A stretch of DNA of 64,000 bases, from NCBI RefSeq assembly GCF_006345805.1, contig NC_043016.1, positions 4,588,001 to 4,652,000 on the forward strand, written 5' to 3'. Source of the DNA: Octopus sinensis. Taxonomy: Eukaryota. Of the stretch, positions 1 to 14,999 are shown piece by piece. Each line of letters opens with the position of its first letter. Within the stretch, counting starts at the first letter, position 1. Both the position numbers and the translations under genes were made by a program. The notes below the pieces were generated by a model. That model saw only the letters and a program-made list of their open reading frames with translations. It searched no databases and was not told the DNA's origin.

Positions 1-699
1 GGATGTCTTCCAAATGACGGTTGTCGATCTTATCAAAATGTTTCCGGATATCCACAAACCCAGCTTAATTAGCAACCTTCTCTGCACTGTTTCGCACGAA
101 TTGAAGGTTGTCAGGAACGAACGTCTTCTTGATTACACGCGTTTGCGCTTTCTAGATCAAGCCCTTTCGCTAATACTTTGGTGAAAATCATAAGTTCCTT
201 GCCCAGCAGAGTTGGGATCAACAGTTGTCTACAGCATTCTGTTTTTCGGCATGCTTTCTCGGTAAACTCAGTTTTTCACGGCTCACAACAGTAGGGCATT
301 AGTCAATAGTTCGCTAAACAAATTCAAGTTCGTTTTATCAGCCTTTAACAGTACTACACGTCTTGTGACTAGAACTGTCTCCAGCTCACCTACCACCCCG
401 AAAGTCGAGTTAACTGTTGAAAAACTGCACACATGCTCAGAGTCGAGTAGCTCACATCTGTTCTCGTCCTACAACTGCTGTTGACGACTGCTCCTGCTGG
501 TCACTGCTTAACTAGTTTACTAAACCTTTCCCAGTAGTCTTTGCATGCCGATAAGGACAAGTACATCTAATATCTGGGTCTCTGTCTTCAGTCTTATCTA
601 AATCAACCGGACAGATCATTATTTTCATCCACTGGTTTGTCAAGTATTCAAATTATCTAAAGACTTGATGTCTCGCTGTAGTTGGCACATTAGTGAAAT

Positions 700-1010
700 T
701 CAGTACGTCCTTGTGGGGCAGTTGGAAAATTCTGAGCAGGTTTTTGAGGATTTTGTATCTTTTGTATGAGCTAGCACCACGCAGTCCTTCCGTGCATCTA
801 AACAATAGTGGAAATCCCCTACTAGTTGTAGAGTTGTAATGATCGAGATGTCTCCATAAGAACTTCCAAGCACCTGAACAAATTTGGCCATCTTATTTCT
901 GTCGGGGCATAGACAACCACTAATTTAAAAGCAACTCTTTCGATGCCACTCACGATCAGAGTCACTGACTGACCGTCCTTTCCAAAGAGATTGGCTATAC
1001 TTGAAATCTA
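700..1010 (-). mobile_element. Tx1/L1-clade LINE AP-endonuclease remnant
   Basis: Minus strand reads ...DGQSVTLIVSGIERVAFKLVVVYAPT, then after a frameshift ...LQLVGDFHYCLDARKDC. This resembles the APE motifs VYAP and GD(F/W)N. Confidence 0.7.
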
Positions 1011-1499
1011 AGGATTTCCAGAATATAACTGCCGGAGAATATCACATATAGTCTCTCTATCTAGCTAACTTCTGTTTATTTATCTATTTACTTTAAATTA
1101 CGCGGGAATGTAGTTTTTTTAAACTTCTTGTTACGTAGGTCACCTTATTTACAAGGTGTATATTCAAGATAGCTTTTGGAACATTTAGAGTAAGGACAAA
1201 ACAGTGGCTTCAAATTTTGACTTGATAAAGACATGTAATGCGTACGAAGGAGAAAAGTTGGGTAGAAAAGTTTCAAGGGGAAAGAACCCGCAAAAAAAAA
1301 AAAAATAAATAATCAGGCAAATACAAAATGTTTTGGAAGATAATCTCAGGATGATAAAAACTAAAAAAAAAAATAAAAAAACATGAAAGATACGGCAAAG
1401 GATGGCAACAAGAAGTGAAATATTGCGCTGGAGAAGAGAGACTCATGCAAATCTACATAATTATGGGGGGGGGGGGGAAGTAGACGTAGAAAAAGTGCT

Positions 1500-1750
1500 G
1501 CTGCTGATGATGATGATCAAAGAGAACATGAAGACAAGGAGGAATATGGCTACCATGATGATGATAACAACGATATATTGTGTGCATGTGTGAATGCTGA
1601 TGATGATGATGATGAAGAGGAGGAGGAGGGGAGGGGAGGAAGAGTAGGAAGATGGGAGGATGGTGGCGGCGATGATAATGATGCTGAAGATGCTGATGAT
1701 TATTGTGCTGATAATGATGATGATAACGACGACGACGATAATAATGATAA
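1500..1750. repeat. Degenerate (GAT)n/(GAG)n/(GAC)n trinucleotide tract
   Basis: Visible in the sequence; it explains the poly-D/E/H/M ORFs. Confidence 0.9.
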
Positions 1751-2014
1751 ATTGCGCGCATAGGTTTGCACGCGTGTATATGAAGTATCGTTTTTACATA
1801 CATACACACACACACAGAGGAAACAAAATGATAAAAAAAAACTCGAGTACAATTTATTGACTCACAGTAGAACTATTATTACTTAGTCATTAGAGTAAGT
1901 TGGTACACAGTTTGAAGAAGTTAGTACACACAATCACGTATACACATTCACAGATATACGTGTATGCATGTATGTATATATGTATGTATGTATATATCTA
2001 TGTATATATCTATG

Positions 2015-2059
<45 letters not shown>

Positions 2060-2090
2060 TATATCTTTATATATATAATATAATATTATA

Positions 2091-2136
<46 letters not shown>

Positions 2137-2884
2137 ATTGTTATATATGTATATATGTATGTATCTGTATTAAAGATTAGATTCTCTCCTCTGTGTAGCA
2201 TATGCGTGCCTATGATTATGTTCGTTTGAACAGCTCTTGCCTATTAACAAGAAATCTAGCCACGAAACCCAAGTACTTGCGCAGCAGAAACAGTATCTGT
2301 TTTAATAATTTTTGCATCACTGCACTTTATTTAGGTATTTTCAGTTACATCTGCTTTTCTACATCATCTCAGTTCACTTGAGGCCAGCTCGAGGTAATGG
2401 GATTTTAGGATGCCTCCCTTCAGTTTATATTAGCAAAGTGTAGCTAATGGTCGTTTGGTTCAAACAACTTAAGCTAATCCCAGTATTTTTACTCAAGAGA
2501 TGATCTGAGTATTCGAAGACAAACTACTCTTCACTTTGCAAATGTCTTTTCTCATTAATTCCGAGTAATTGCAACTTGGAGATTCTTCAAGAGATACATC
2601 TATCGATTAACTGTATTGATTGATTTTATATATAAGAACCAATTTGAGACAGAAAAGTCTAGCAAACTTTCAAAGGAGACTTGAACCATGTCTGAGGCAT
2701 TAAATCGTACAAATAATATATAATATATAAATAAAATTACTTTAGCGTACATAATTTAAGAAAATAAAATAAGAGGTGTTCTATATTTTAATCGGTGATA
2801 GTCACCTACCATACAATAAATGCAGGGTTCGAGTCACCCATATTGACATGTTTTTATTTATATATATATTATATATATGTTTCA

Positions 2885-3070
2885 AATTTTGGCATAAGCA
2901 CGCAATTTTAGGGAGAGGGGTAAGTCTATTTCCTCGAATCTAGTGTTCAACTGGTACTTATTTTAACGACCCTGAAAGGATCGACCTCGATGGAGTTTGA
3001 ATTAAGAACGTAAAGGCGGACGAAATGCCGCTAAGCATTTTGTACCGGCACGCTAACGATTCTGCCAGCA
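2885..3070 (-). mobile_element. tRNA-derived SINE, family C (gctggcagaatcgttagc head)
   Basis: Reverse complement matches the copies at 4521, 17205 and 41725 (cgataaaataagtaccagttg core). Confidence 0.75.
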
Positions 3071-3544
3071 GACTACCTTATAGATACATCAAATATTGTT
3101 TATAGTACGAGGTTGCAGACTACTTAGGACATCAGTTAAAGTGTCTTCTAGTAAATATTTCGACACTGTTGCGAAACTGTTTTGATCTGGTCTTTTCATT
3201 GGAAAATATCAGCGGTGGACAACAGAAACTTGCACGTACGAGCAATTTCATGTCTGCACCACACGGGGACACTTTTCAGGAACATCTATAGCATTCAACA
3301 AAGGCCATTAAGAATCTTAGCATTGGTTTTGGTTAATTCCACGTCTGTTCTGATGAAATATATCTATGAAAGAGGAAAGGTGTTTTAGTCATACAAACCG
3401 ACTGTCTCATTGGTTTCTACATCTATGGTTTCCCTTTTTAATGAGGTAGGCACGTTACTTGAGTGAATTTGGTTGCTATTTCTTGCAATTTGCCGAAGAC
3501 CTAGAACCTCTTTTAATAGTTTTTCGCAGTTGATCCATGATTAC

Positions 3545-3635
3545 ACTTTTACTCTTTTACTTGTTTCAGTCATTTGACTGTGGCCGTGCTGGAGCTCCGC
3601 CTTTAGTCGAGGAAATCGATCCCAGGACTTATTCT
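3545..3635 (-). mobile_element. SINE family A, 3' tail fragment
   Basis: cttttacttgtttcagtcatttgactgtggcc... is shared with the full copy at 14347-14761. Confidence 0.8.
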
Positions 3636-4382
3636 GATTGTGCATATTGTGTTAAAAAATTGAAACAGATAACATGGACTTTGTTGTGCTATAATATGAT
3701 ATAGTATACCTGTTATATCGCACGTTCGGATGACCTCTACTCAACTCCTCGACGTCTAGACTTCTTCTTCTATATTTACGTACTGGGCTAGCCTACTTCA
3801 TCGTCTGGGGGCGTCGACACATCAATATCCGAGAAACTAAGTTCATTAATTCACAAAATAGCAAGGTAAATAGTTTTACCTCGACTCAGCCATAAAAATG
3901 GTTATGTATATAATTTCGCATTTGATGACCGTAAAAATTAAGCATAAAGTTGATGGAAGAACTAAATATTCTATCAACTGGCATAGAGTGGGTGATTGGC
4001 AGAACCGTTAGAACATCGGACTATTGCACCATTTGTTCCTGTTCTTTGGGTACTTACTTTAAATGCCAACAACAACAACTTCTCTTCCATCCTTCTCTTT
4101 TCAATAAAATGAAATACCAGCCAAATATTGTATCTGTCTATCTGAATAATTAGTTACGTATTTAAATATTGGTAGCGGGAAGACGTTGGGTTTGCCTTTT
4201 CCTCAGAAAAAAATGTCATTTTTATTTTGTGTGAGGGAAAGTAATAAGATCGCCTACTTGTTAGCTATAATGTAAGAGAGATTATAGCAACCGGCTTTGG
4301 CGAGAGTGTCGTGCGTGAATCCGCTGCCTTTCAGCAGCCTTTCAGCTGGTGATCCTATTATCTGGTATTATTTTCATTAAAT

Positions 4383-4383
4383 C

Positions 4384-4426
<43 letters not shown>

Positions 4427-4470
4427 TAACAATGATAATAATAATAATAATAATAATAATAAAATTATAA
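4383..4470. repeat. (AAT)n microsatellite
   Basis: Visible in the sequence. Confidence 0.95.
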
Positions 4471-4520
4471 CAAATTAAGCCTTTGTATGAGAGTAGTTTT
4501 AATATCTTCAGATTTCTAAA

Positions 4521-4680
4521 GGCGGTGAGCTGGCAGAATTGTCAGCACGACGGTGCCCACCATATTTTTTCATCCTCTCGGGGTCGACAAAATAAGTACC
4601 AGTTGAACACTGAAGTCGATTTAAAGGACTGAACTATTCTCCCAAACCTGCTGGTTTTGTGCCAAAATTTGAAACCAATA
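4521..4680 (+). mobile_element. tRNA-derived SINE, family C
   Basis: ggcggtgagctggcagaattgtcagc A-box-like head, followed by the gtcgacaaaataagtaccagttg core. Confidence 0.75.
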
Positions 4681-5536
4681 TCTTTAGATTTAGATTCATA
4701 CAAAGAAACGAAATGTGACGGGTGGATATGCACGGGTGGATATGTACGGGTGGATAAGTCAGCGGTATACGAAATCACTAAAGATTTCTTTCTACTGGTT
4801 ACCGAAAAAAAAAAAATTGTGAGCTCAGTTTGATATCAAGACTTTTTGAATAAATTTTTTGTGTATTTTGCGAAAAACGTATCAGCCTGGGATACCTTTC
4901 ACATAGTATCATTGTTTTATTTCCGTGTAAATTTCGGTGCCTTGGGTAAAAACCTCAGAATAGTATGGACACGGATGTAAAGGAGCAAAACAAAACAAAA
5001 ACAAAAAAAGAAAAACAAAACGTATAATTAGACGTTTTAGTATTGACTGATCCGCTATAAAAAATTTTTTGTTAGCCTTTTTTTTCTATTAAAGTTTCAA
5101 CTCAGAGCTGCGGCCATGCTGATGCACCGCCGTTTTGCGATACACTGTTATTACTAGGAGCCTCCTCTAATATGTGGCACTTGATGAAGAATGGAGTTTG
5201 ATATAGCTACCCTCATTTGCACCTCTTGCCGTGAGGTAGGCTCATCTGGGACTCTCGACAGGAAGAGGTCCAGCTTTGATTTTTAAAGATATATTTTAAA
5301 GATATATACAAAAATATTTGTGCAACGTGATAGATATATCAATTCAATTTCCTAATGTTCATAGCCACAATATTTGCGATCAAATGACTTCTCTATCAGT
5401 GCTAATCTGGTTTTAATATTCTTCGATGCATTAAACAATTTCGCCAATCTAAAATGGCTAGTATTTTAGACGAAGGATTATGAAGTGGTGGTAGGGAGCG
5501 TATGTGTGTGCAAGCATTAAAATACATACATGCATA

Positions 5537-5580
<44 letters not shown>

Positions 5581-5714
5581 ATATTAATATATATATATAT
5601 TAATATATATATATATGAACATCTACATTTGTATAGAATATATATGTATGTATACATGCATATATATATATATACATATATATCAATATAAATAAAAGTT
5701 TGTTCATACTTCTA

Positions 5715-6778
<1,064 letters not shown>

Positions 6779-6786
6779 ATATATAT

Positions 6787-6822
<36 letters not shown>

Positions 6823-6859
6823 GCATCCATACATACATACATATATATATATATAAATG

Positions 6860-7162
6860 TAATATGTGAAAATTGTTCGGTAGCCATGATAAAACTCCGA
6901 GTTCGGATGCCGAGTAGAAATCCCCCCCCGCCGCTATCTCTTCAGTTACCCAGCCACCGGAAAAATGCTATGAAAAATGACCGTTATACAAAGGGAGTCA
7001 CACAGCAATCACACAGTAATTTCCCTTTGTATAACGATCATTTTTCATAGCATTTTTCCGATGGTCGGATAACTGAAGAGATGGCGGCGTGGGTTTCCAC
7101 CTCGGCATCCGAAATGGGGGGTTTTATCATGGCTACCGAATAATTATCACATTATATTTACA
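6860..7162. mobile_element. Palindromic MITE-like foldback element
   Basis: Arms ~6860-6996 and ~7021-7162 are reverse complements (ttcggtagccatgataaaac / gttttatcatggctaccgaa; ttatacaaaggga / tccctttgtataa). Confidence 0.8.
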
Positions 7163-8089
7163 GATAAATTCCTCTATTTATATAATATCCAGGTCTCTTT
7201 TTTTTCTTTTGTTGTCTTACCATTTTTATAAATATATAAATATATATATATATATACATGAAAATATACATTCGTATAGTATATATATATATATGTGTGT
7301 GTATTTATGCATGTAAACACATTTAATGTTTAAAATGACTGTTTACATATGCATAGAGGCAATGAACTTTAACTGGATTATGGAATTACTACAAGAGTAG
7401 AGTTTGATATTTCTTATTTTCTTATAAACTGAATAAACTTCAAACTTTATTTAAATTATATACTCGATGAGACCTCGAATAAAATTAACACACACACATA
7501 TTGAAACTCTTACTATATTATCGAATTTTAAATGCAGTAAGGTGTGATCCGAGTTGAATTTGGCTGCTTTTTTTAGCCATTCACTTGACTGCCATGAGAC
7601 ATCTTTCTGAGGAAACGCCTGCAAAGAAGATTTGATGTTATAACGTTAAGGTGTTCGGATATTCGCTGAAGTTGTTTATTTGTAAGAAAATACTATTCTG
7701 TACATTCTATCAAAACCAATTTATAAGAGAATCCAAATTCCTTTCCTAATAATTATATATTCCCTTCATAAAAGTTCATTAGATAAAGTAATAATCTAAC
7801 TAACCTGATTCTAAAAATATCAGATTTATTTGTCTCTGGAAGGCATTTTTGGTCATTTTGCGATTCCGTTACTAATTTATTGACTATAAGAATGGACAGC
7901 CATCTTGATAATCTATTATTAATTTATTGAATTATGATTATGGTCAGGTGAACAAAATAAACGACTGATATTGTGAAGCTCCTTTTATGAAAATAAGTTG
8001 TGAATCTCAAGTTTCCCCAAAATAGAAAAGCAAATGAAGAAGAATGCGGGTGAGTTGAAATAAGTAAAACGATACAGCATATATTGTTT

Positions 8090-8290
8090 ACCTCTTTTAC
8101 TCTTTTACTTGTTTCAGTCATTTGACTGCGGCCATGCTGGAGTCACCGCCTTTGATCGAGCAACTCGACCCCGGACTTATTCTTTGTAAGCCCAGTACTT
8201 ATTCTATCGGTCTCTTTTGCCGACCCGTAAGTGACGGGGACGTACCACACCAGCATCGGTTGTCAAGCAATGCTAGAGGGACAAACACAC
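8090..8290 (-). mobile_element. SINE family A, 3' half
   Basis: Matches 14347-14545. Confidence 0.85.
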
Positions 8291-8354
8291 ACACCACACA
8301 ATATATATATCTATATATATATTATATATATATATAATATATATATATATATAT

Positions 8355-8733
8355 ACTAGCAGTATCGCCCGGCGTTGCTCGGTTTTGTTTCGACCCTTTA
8401 GAATTGGAATTTTTGAAAAGTAGTTGTTATTCTCTTTAAGTGAACATTTTTCTGGTTGAAATACACCGAAAAATGGCGACACAGCAGTCAAAAAATCGTA
8501 AAAAAATAAGGATTTTCATAGAAAAAAAGCACCTTTTTGATGTAAATAAGTTTTGGTGTTAACATGGTCCGATTTGAATTTTTTTCTTCTACGGAAAGAA
8601 GAGCAAGCCTTCTTCTATCATACTCTCAATTTTGGTGAACTTGCGCCGCAGGGTCTCAGAGGAGATAGTGTTAGTTGAAAGCTACCATATCTGCCACACA
8701 CAGACAACTTCAGCTTTTTAGATATATATAGAT
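8355..8733 (-). mobile_element. Non-autonomous Helitron-like element
   Basis: Minus strand ends in gcaacgccgggcgatactg-CTAG|T (short subterminal hairpin plus CTAG) and starts with TC in an AT tract. The same 3' end occurs at 8830, 19111 and 34538. Confidence 0.7.
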
Positions 8734-8829
8734 ATCTTTAGAAAAAAGGATGGCTTATAAGGCAATGACAGTTGTGTTACTCAAAACGAAGGACGGCCAT
8801 GGCCATAATAAACATACTTTTATATCTAA

Positions 8830-9343
8830 ACTAGCAGTATCGCCCGGCGTTGCTCGGGTTTGTAAGGGAAATAACTATATAAGCATTTTTAGAGAGTTAC
8901 ATCCCTTATAGATGCCAATTCGGGCTTTCTTAGCCATTTCTGTTTTGGTGTCTTCAAGCCATGAAGTCGTTGTTCTAAAAGAACGCTGGTCTCCTTGACA
9001 ACGCTTTAACGACGTTGATTTCCTTACACTCCCTTCCCCACAGCTTCACGAGGGAGGGAAGAAGGGGAGAAGCAAACAGGTGCAGGTGTGACCATGGACG
9101 CCAACTCCGCCGCCATCGACACACGAAAAATTATGCATTAAAATGGAATAAAAAATGATGTTAAATTATTTTTTAAATCGTAGACTCATCGTAGACGCGC
9201 GCTAATACTCAGACGGGCTCGATATTAATCACGACTATAAGATATCCGAATTTGGTTAAACTGCACCGCAAAATGTGGGAGTAGTTAGGAATCTAAATCG
9301 AAGGGGACAGACACTCACACAACTACAGTTTTATATATATAGA
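8830..9343 (-). mobile_element. Non-autonomous Helitron-like element
   Basis: Same CTAG 3' terminus, and a TC 5' terminus at 9342-9343. Confidence 0.7.
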
Positions 9344-9360
9344 TATATACATATATATAC

Positions 9361-9523
9361 GACAGGCTTCTTTCAGTTTCCGTCTACCAAATCCACTCAC
9401 AAGGCTTTGGTCGGCCCGAGGCTATAGTAGAAGACACTTGCCCAAGGTGCCACGCAGTGGGACTGAACCCGGAACCATGTGGTTGGCAAGCAAGCTACTT
9501 ACCACACAGCCACTCCTGCGCCT
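9361..9523 (-). mobile_element. tRNA-derived SINE family A, 5' half
   Basis: Minus strand aggcgcaggagtggctgtgtggtaag...gggttcagtccc has A- and B-box-like motifs. Confidence 0.9.
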
Positions 9524-9735
9524 GTATAAATTTACTGTATAAATTTGACAACAAAACATCCGCTGGTAAAATTGTATCTCAATATTACCAGCGGATGTTT
9601 TGCACTTAAATCTCAATAGCTACAATAACCAATAACTATTGATTGTAAATAAGTGTACTACAAACAGGTATAGATCGATCGCTAGCCACTAATCTTTGTT
9701 TTTTATTTTCTCTCTCTGTTTATTTCATCGTGTTG

Positions 9736-9771
9736 CTTTCTGTTGAAGAGCGTAGACTCGAAACGTAAAAG
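9736..9771 (+). ncRNA. Degenerate minimal hammerhead-like motif in a PLE-type repeat tail
   Basis: cttt-CTGTTGA-A-GAGC gtag ACTC-GAAAC GTA-aaag; homologous to 34372-34407. Confidence 0.4.
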
Positions 9772-9990
9772 ACATTCTCACTTCCCGAGCGTTAAACTAA
9801 TACATCTGTTTCTTGTCTACACACCCGTCTTCGTCTTTTGTTTTGTTTTTTTGTAAATTCCAACTATAGATTATCACAGTGACACAATGGGACACTGCAA
9901 AATTTACTATGAAGAGGTTAACTAGGAAAAATGTATAACTCTCTCTCTTTTACTCTTTTACTTGTTTCAGTATATATATATATATATATA

Positions 9991-10154
9991 CGACGGGCTT
10001 CTTTCAGTTTCCGCCTACCAAATCCACTCACAAGGCTTTAAACGGCCCGAGGCTATAGTAGAAGACACTTGCTCAAGGTGCCACTCAGTGGGACTGAACA
10101 CGGAACCATGTGGTTGGTAAACAAGCTACTTACCACACAGCCACTCCTGCGCCT
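9991..10154 (-). mobile_element. tRNA-derived SINE family A, 5' half
   Basis: Near-identical to 9361-9523. Confidence 0.9.
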
Positions 10155-10940
10155 ATAAGGGGAAAAAGCAAACAACATATGGCTTTATCAAAGTAGAAAG
10201 CGCAACATTTATGAAATTTTTATTTGGTACCGGAAAATGGGAGCAGAAAAGGAAAGAAAACGGTGCAATTCATGGTCGCTACGGTAAGAAGCAAAACGTT
10301 AAAATACCTTGTTAACATCAAACAAAAGACTTGTTCAGATTGTTTGCAACCGGTGGTAGTATGAAATCGAGAGACATGGTGAGGCCTTAATTTATATAAA
10401 CTTGGTAGGCTCTCATTAAAAACTTAGTACCAAGAAGTGTCAAGGAAATTGAAAGCATATATTTCATTTTAATTCCTTTGCGGTTCCTGTAGTTTATGAT
10501 CCTAAAATTGTTGTAGCTTGTTTAGCTTATGCCTAAGATTAATGACCGTACGCGGCGCAGCATTAGTATTTATGAAAAAATGGCTCTGATGGTTTTCGTT
10601 TGGGCCTTCATAACTGCGATGGAGTCGTAGAGGTACTGTTGTAATATATTTCTTCTAGATGCCACTGCTGTGTGTCGACAATGGAGTTTTCACTAATGAT
10701 TTGTCTGTTAGTTTTGTTTGTTTATCCAATTTTTTAATGTTATTCGACCGTTCTAGTTTGTTGCCCTCCTTCAAAAACGGTCTTTGTTACCATTCCAGTT
10801 TTCTTTTCTACACAATTCAGTCTTAAAGCATGAACGATTCTTAATAACAGGGTGCCATGCAAGCGGAATTGACTAGAACGCATGTGACTGCAAGGCTAAT
10901 CATTTAACCACACAACTTTATTATAAAAGATGATGCTCTG

Positions 10941-11368
10941 GTGTGGCTGTGTGAAAATAAGCTTCCTTCCCAGTCATTTGGTTCTGGATTCAGTTCCACA
11001 GCGTGGCACGTTGAGAAAGTATCTTTTATAGCCTCGAGCCGACCAAAATATTTTGAGTGGATTTGGTAGACGGAAACTGTTGGAAGCGCGTCGTTTTATA
11101 TATATAACTGTGTGAGTGAGTGCGTGTGTATGTCCAAGTGTGTGTCTGTTTGTGTCTGTGTTTGTCCCCACCTACTCCGCCACTTGACAACCGGTGCTGG
11201 TGTGTTTACGTCCCTGTAAGTTAGCGGTTCGGTAAAAGAGACCAATAGAATAAGTACCAGGCTTTATAGAAAAAAATAGGTATTGTAGTCGATACATTCA
11301 ACTAAATATTCTTCAAGGCGGTGCCCCAGCATGGCCACAGTCTAATGACTGAAACAAGTAAAAGATAA
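10941..11368 (+). mobile_element. tRNA-derived SINE family A, full length, diverged
   Basis: Head, central (TG)n and gactgaaacaagtaaaaga tail are all present. Confidence 0.85.
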
Positions 11369-13159
11369 GAAAATATTCATTTCCTACTTTACACACTGGT
11401 TTTAATTAAGAAAGACTAATTTTGACGCCAAATTGCAGATGAAAATTCGTTGAAAGGACGACCTATTTCTAGATAACATTAATAACATAATTTATGGTTA
11501 AAAAGCAGATTGACCAGGTTCCTCTCTTGAACAGTAACTATTTGCGAATTGTAATTGAGAAACTTATTAATTCTGTATTATCAATGCTATGAACTCTATA
11601 TTGATATAAATGTTTTATTGCTAATATATTGAATGCATAGATCATTAAAAGAATTAAGTACAAAAAGATATGCAGTGGGAAAAAAAGAACGTTAGAAAAT
11701 AACTAATAATATTTTCCTTTTGCTGGTAAGAAGAATCGTATTCTGATCTTATCTGCAAATATACCCGCGACTCTACATGACGGAGTAGTGATGAAAAGAA
11801 CACTATGTAAATATACAAGATTGAACATTTGTTGGTATAGGAAAATAGTATTGTTTATAAAAAATATATATACATAAATACAAATTTTAAAGGCACAATC
11901 TATTTGTAAAACAAACTAATATAGTAAAGTTTATTTACTTAAGGTTGTAGAAGTAGGACACCGCTTTGGGAAGAAATTACTGAAACACACAAGGACACAA
12001 TATTTTACGGTAAATGTTTAGTCAATTAAATTAAGTCTATTTCTTGACTGGAAATATTGTTTGTGAAATTTAAACTTAGAACATAATGACTAAATACCAC
12101 AAAAAAGTTTTTATTTACCAATCCCGCTAAAATATTCCAACAATCATTATAAATAGTAATAATTTATGCGACATAGCCGGGGAGTTCTAAAGTTTATTAA
12201 ATTGATTCTAGTGCTTGGCTGGTTCTTATTTCATCGACTCAGGACGGATGAAAGAAAGATAAAATCGACATTAGTGAAATTGAGTGTCAGAACGTAAAGA
12301 AACATGGTTAAACATCGCAAAGCATTTTTCCCCTGCTTTTATACCAATTCTGCCAATATACTGCCGTCTATTTTTACTTGTAGTAAATGCAGAATCTAAT
12401 TAAAGACAGTTCCAGCAACGAAACATAAGCTTATTTAACACAAGAGACAACATTTAAATGTGTGAGTGTGTGTGTGTGTGTACACAAACCAATACTTATT
12501 ATTTACATAAACCAAAACACATTTTTTTTTTTATATAATTCAATTAAAACGTCCATGCAATATTTATTTTCTTACGACCTTCAAAACATTTTACCAACAC
12601 ATAAAGTAATGGAGCAGACAAATCGTCTTTCATTACAACTCTTTCGTAGTCAAAACTCTTCATTTTTGTATACATATATATATTTTTTCTTTTATCTCTT
12701 TTTTCTTTTTTTTTTTTATTCAGTTCCGAAAAGAATTGTTTTCATTGTGAAAGACCCAGACAAGCTCAATGCTAGATAAATAAATAAATAAACAAATAAA
12801 CAAACAAATAGATAAATATAATTTACTTTCTTTGAGAGTGGAATCAATGCACATATATCATGGCAATATTGCATGTAAACCCCTGCTGATAAAAGGCAAA
12901 ATCTTTTACCGCTAAAATTTCCCTCTATTGATAATTTAGTTGCCTGTATTTCAAACTGTTTCGGTCTCAGAGCAGATTCAATATACTGGAGAGCAATAAT
13001 AGAACCGCCAATATCTTACCTTATGTCGGCATTACATACATACCTACATACATACAATGTTAAATACGCACAAATACATATATATATATATGTACATAAA
13101 AATATACATGCATATGCGCTCACAAAACATATATATATACATCATGCATCTATATATAT

Positions 13160-13236
13160 ATGTGTTATGCATGCGTGTGATATGTGCGTATATGTATGTA
13201 TTTTAAACATATATACACACACACACACGCACACAC

Positions 13237-13282
<46 letters not shown>

Positions 13283-13471
13283 ATATAATATATATATGTT
13301 GTTTTTAGCGTAAGTACTTTTCAATAAATTGCATATTTATCTCTTTCTACTAGGAAAACTATTGACAGTGACTTCGAAGTCTCAACTTACCTTAATCAAA
13401 CAAATATTTGTGTAGAATCATAGTATATGCATGCAAGCCTAACAAATATAATATATATATAATATATATAT

Positions 13472-13526
<55 letters not shown>

Positions 13527-13675
13527 ATATGTATATATACATATATGTATATATATATATACATACATGCATCTATATATATATCGTATGCATGCGTGTG
13601 ATATGTGCGTATATGTATGTATTTTAAACATATATACACACACCACGCACACACACACACACACATATATATATA

Positions 13676-13719
<44 letters not shown>

Positions 13720-13870
13720 GTTGTTTTAGGCGTAAGTACTTTTCAATAAATTGCATATTATCTCTTTCTACTAGGAAAACTATTGACAGTGACTTCGAAG
13801 TCTCAACTTACCTTAATCAAACAATATATTTGTGTAGAATCATAGTATATGCATGCAAGCCTAACAAATA
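13160..13870 (+). repeat. Tandem duplication, ~420-bp period
   Basis: atgcatgcgtgtgatatgtgcg...gacagtgacttcgaagtctcaacttacc...gcatgcaagcctaacaaat occurs twice (13167-13447 and 13587-13868). Confidence 0.9.
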
Positions 13871-13883
13871 TATATATATATAT

Positions 13884-13953
<70 letters not shown>

Positions 13954-14346
13954 GTATATATACATATATGTATATATATATATACATTATATATATGCAT
14001 ATATGTGTGTATGTGTATAAATATGCCACTCATACACACGTTTTCAAGCTTGTATGTTTGTTTTGATTATCTTTTATGTGTATGTATTTGTTATTATCTG
14101 TATGTTTGCATGGATGGCTCCTTGTCTGTATTTCTTACTGCATATTTTCAATAATAGAGAATCTTTTTATTTCTACAAACCCAGCTCAGTTACGTATTAA
14201 TATGAGTCATTATATTTCCCTTCATTTTATATTTTTATTCATTGATATATGATCTTTCAACACAGAGTCTTATTCAGATAGATAGACATACAACAATGAA
14301 TGCATTCACTGTCAGGAATACCAAATTATTTACACTTGAAGGCATA

Positions 14347-14761
14347 CTCTTTACTCTCTTTTACTTGTTTCAGTCATTTGACTGCGGCCATGCTAGAGCA
14401 CTGCTTTTAGTCGACTAAATCGACCCCAGGACTTATTCTTTGTAAGCCCAGTACTTATTCTATCGGTCTCTTTTGCCGAATCGCTAAGTGACGGGACACA
14501 AACACACCAGCATCGGTTGTTAAGCGATGTTGGGGGGAACAAACACAGACACACAAACATATACACACATACATATATATACATATATACATATATACGA
14601 TGGGCTTCTTTCAGTTTCCGTCTACCAAATCCACTCTCAAGGCTTTGGTCGGCCCGAGGCTATAGTAGAAGACACTTGCCCAAGGTGCCACGCAGTGGGA
14701 CTGAACCCGGAACCATGTGGTTGGTAAGCAAGCTACTTACCACACAGCCACTCCTGCGCCT
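14347..14761 (-). mobile_element. tRNA-derived SINE family A, full length
   Basis: Complete tRNA-like head, body and (gtaaaaga)-type tail. Confidence 0.9.
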
Positions 14762-14999
14762 ATATGTAGAATCTCAGATGATCTTTTCTGGTAATCCCAC
14801 ATACATGACATAGTTAAAGCAAAATGCACCACAAAGACTAGCGTTTGTATGCAGAACCAGCAAATTCCTCATCTCTGATCACTTGGCGACTATTTAAAAA
14901 AATCAAAATAGTTCTTACCTTGGAGTACTCTTTCCTTATTTTTAATTTTATGTTACTACCTGCAGGGGTTAATTATGTAGAGGCTCACTCGTTAACTTG

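Noticed and set aside
1-330. Possible Tc1/mariner N-terminal remnant on the minus strand
   Set aside because: No motif could be matched convincingly, and the window edge truncates the context.
7070-7116. CTGAAGA-GATG...CATCC-GAAAT, hammerhead-like, inside the palindromic MITE
   Set aside because: No stem III or NUH site and no stem I can be formed; the opposite arm lacks GAAA.
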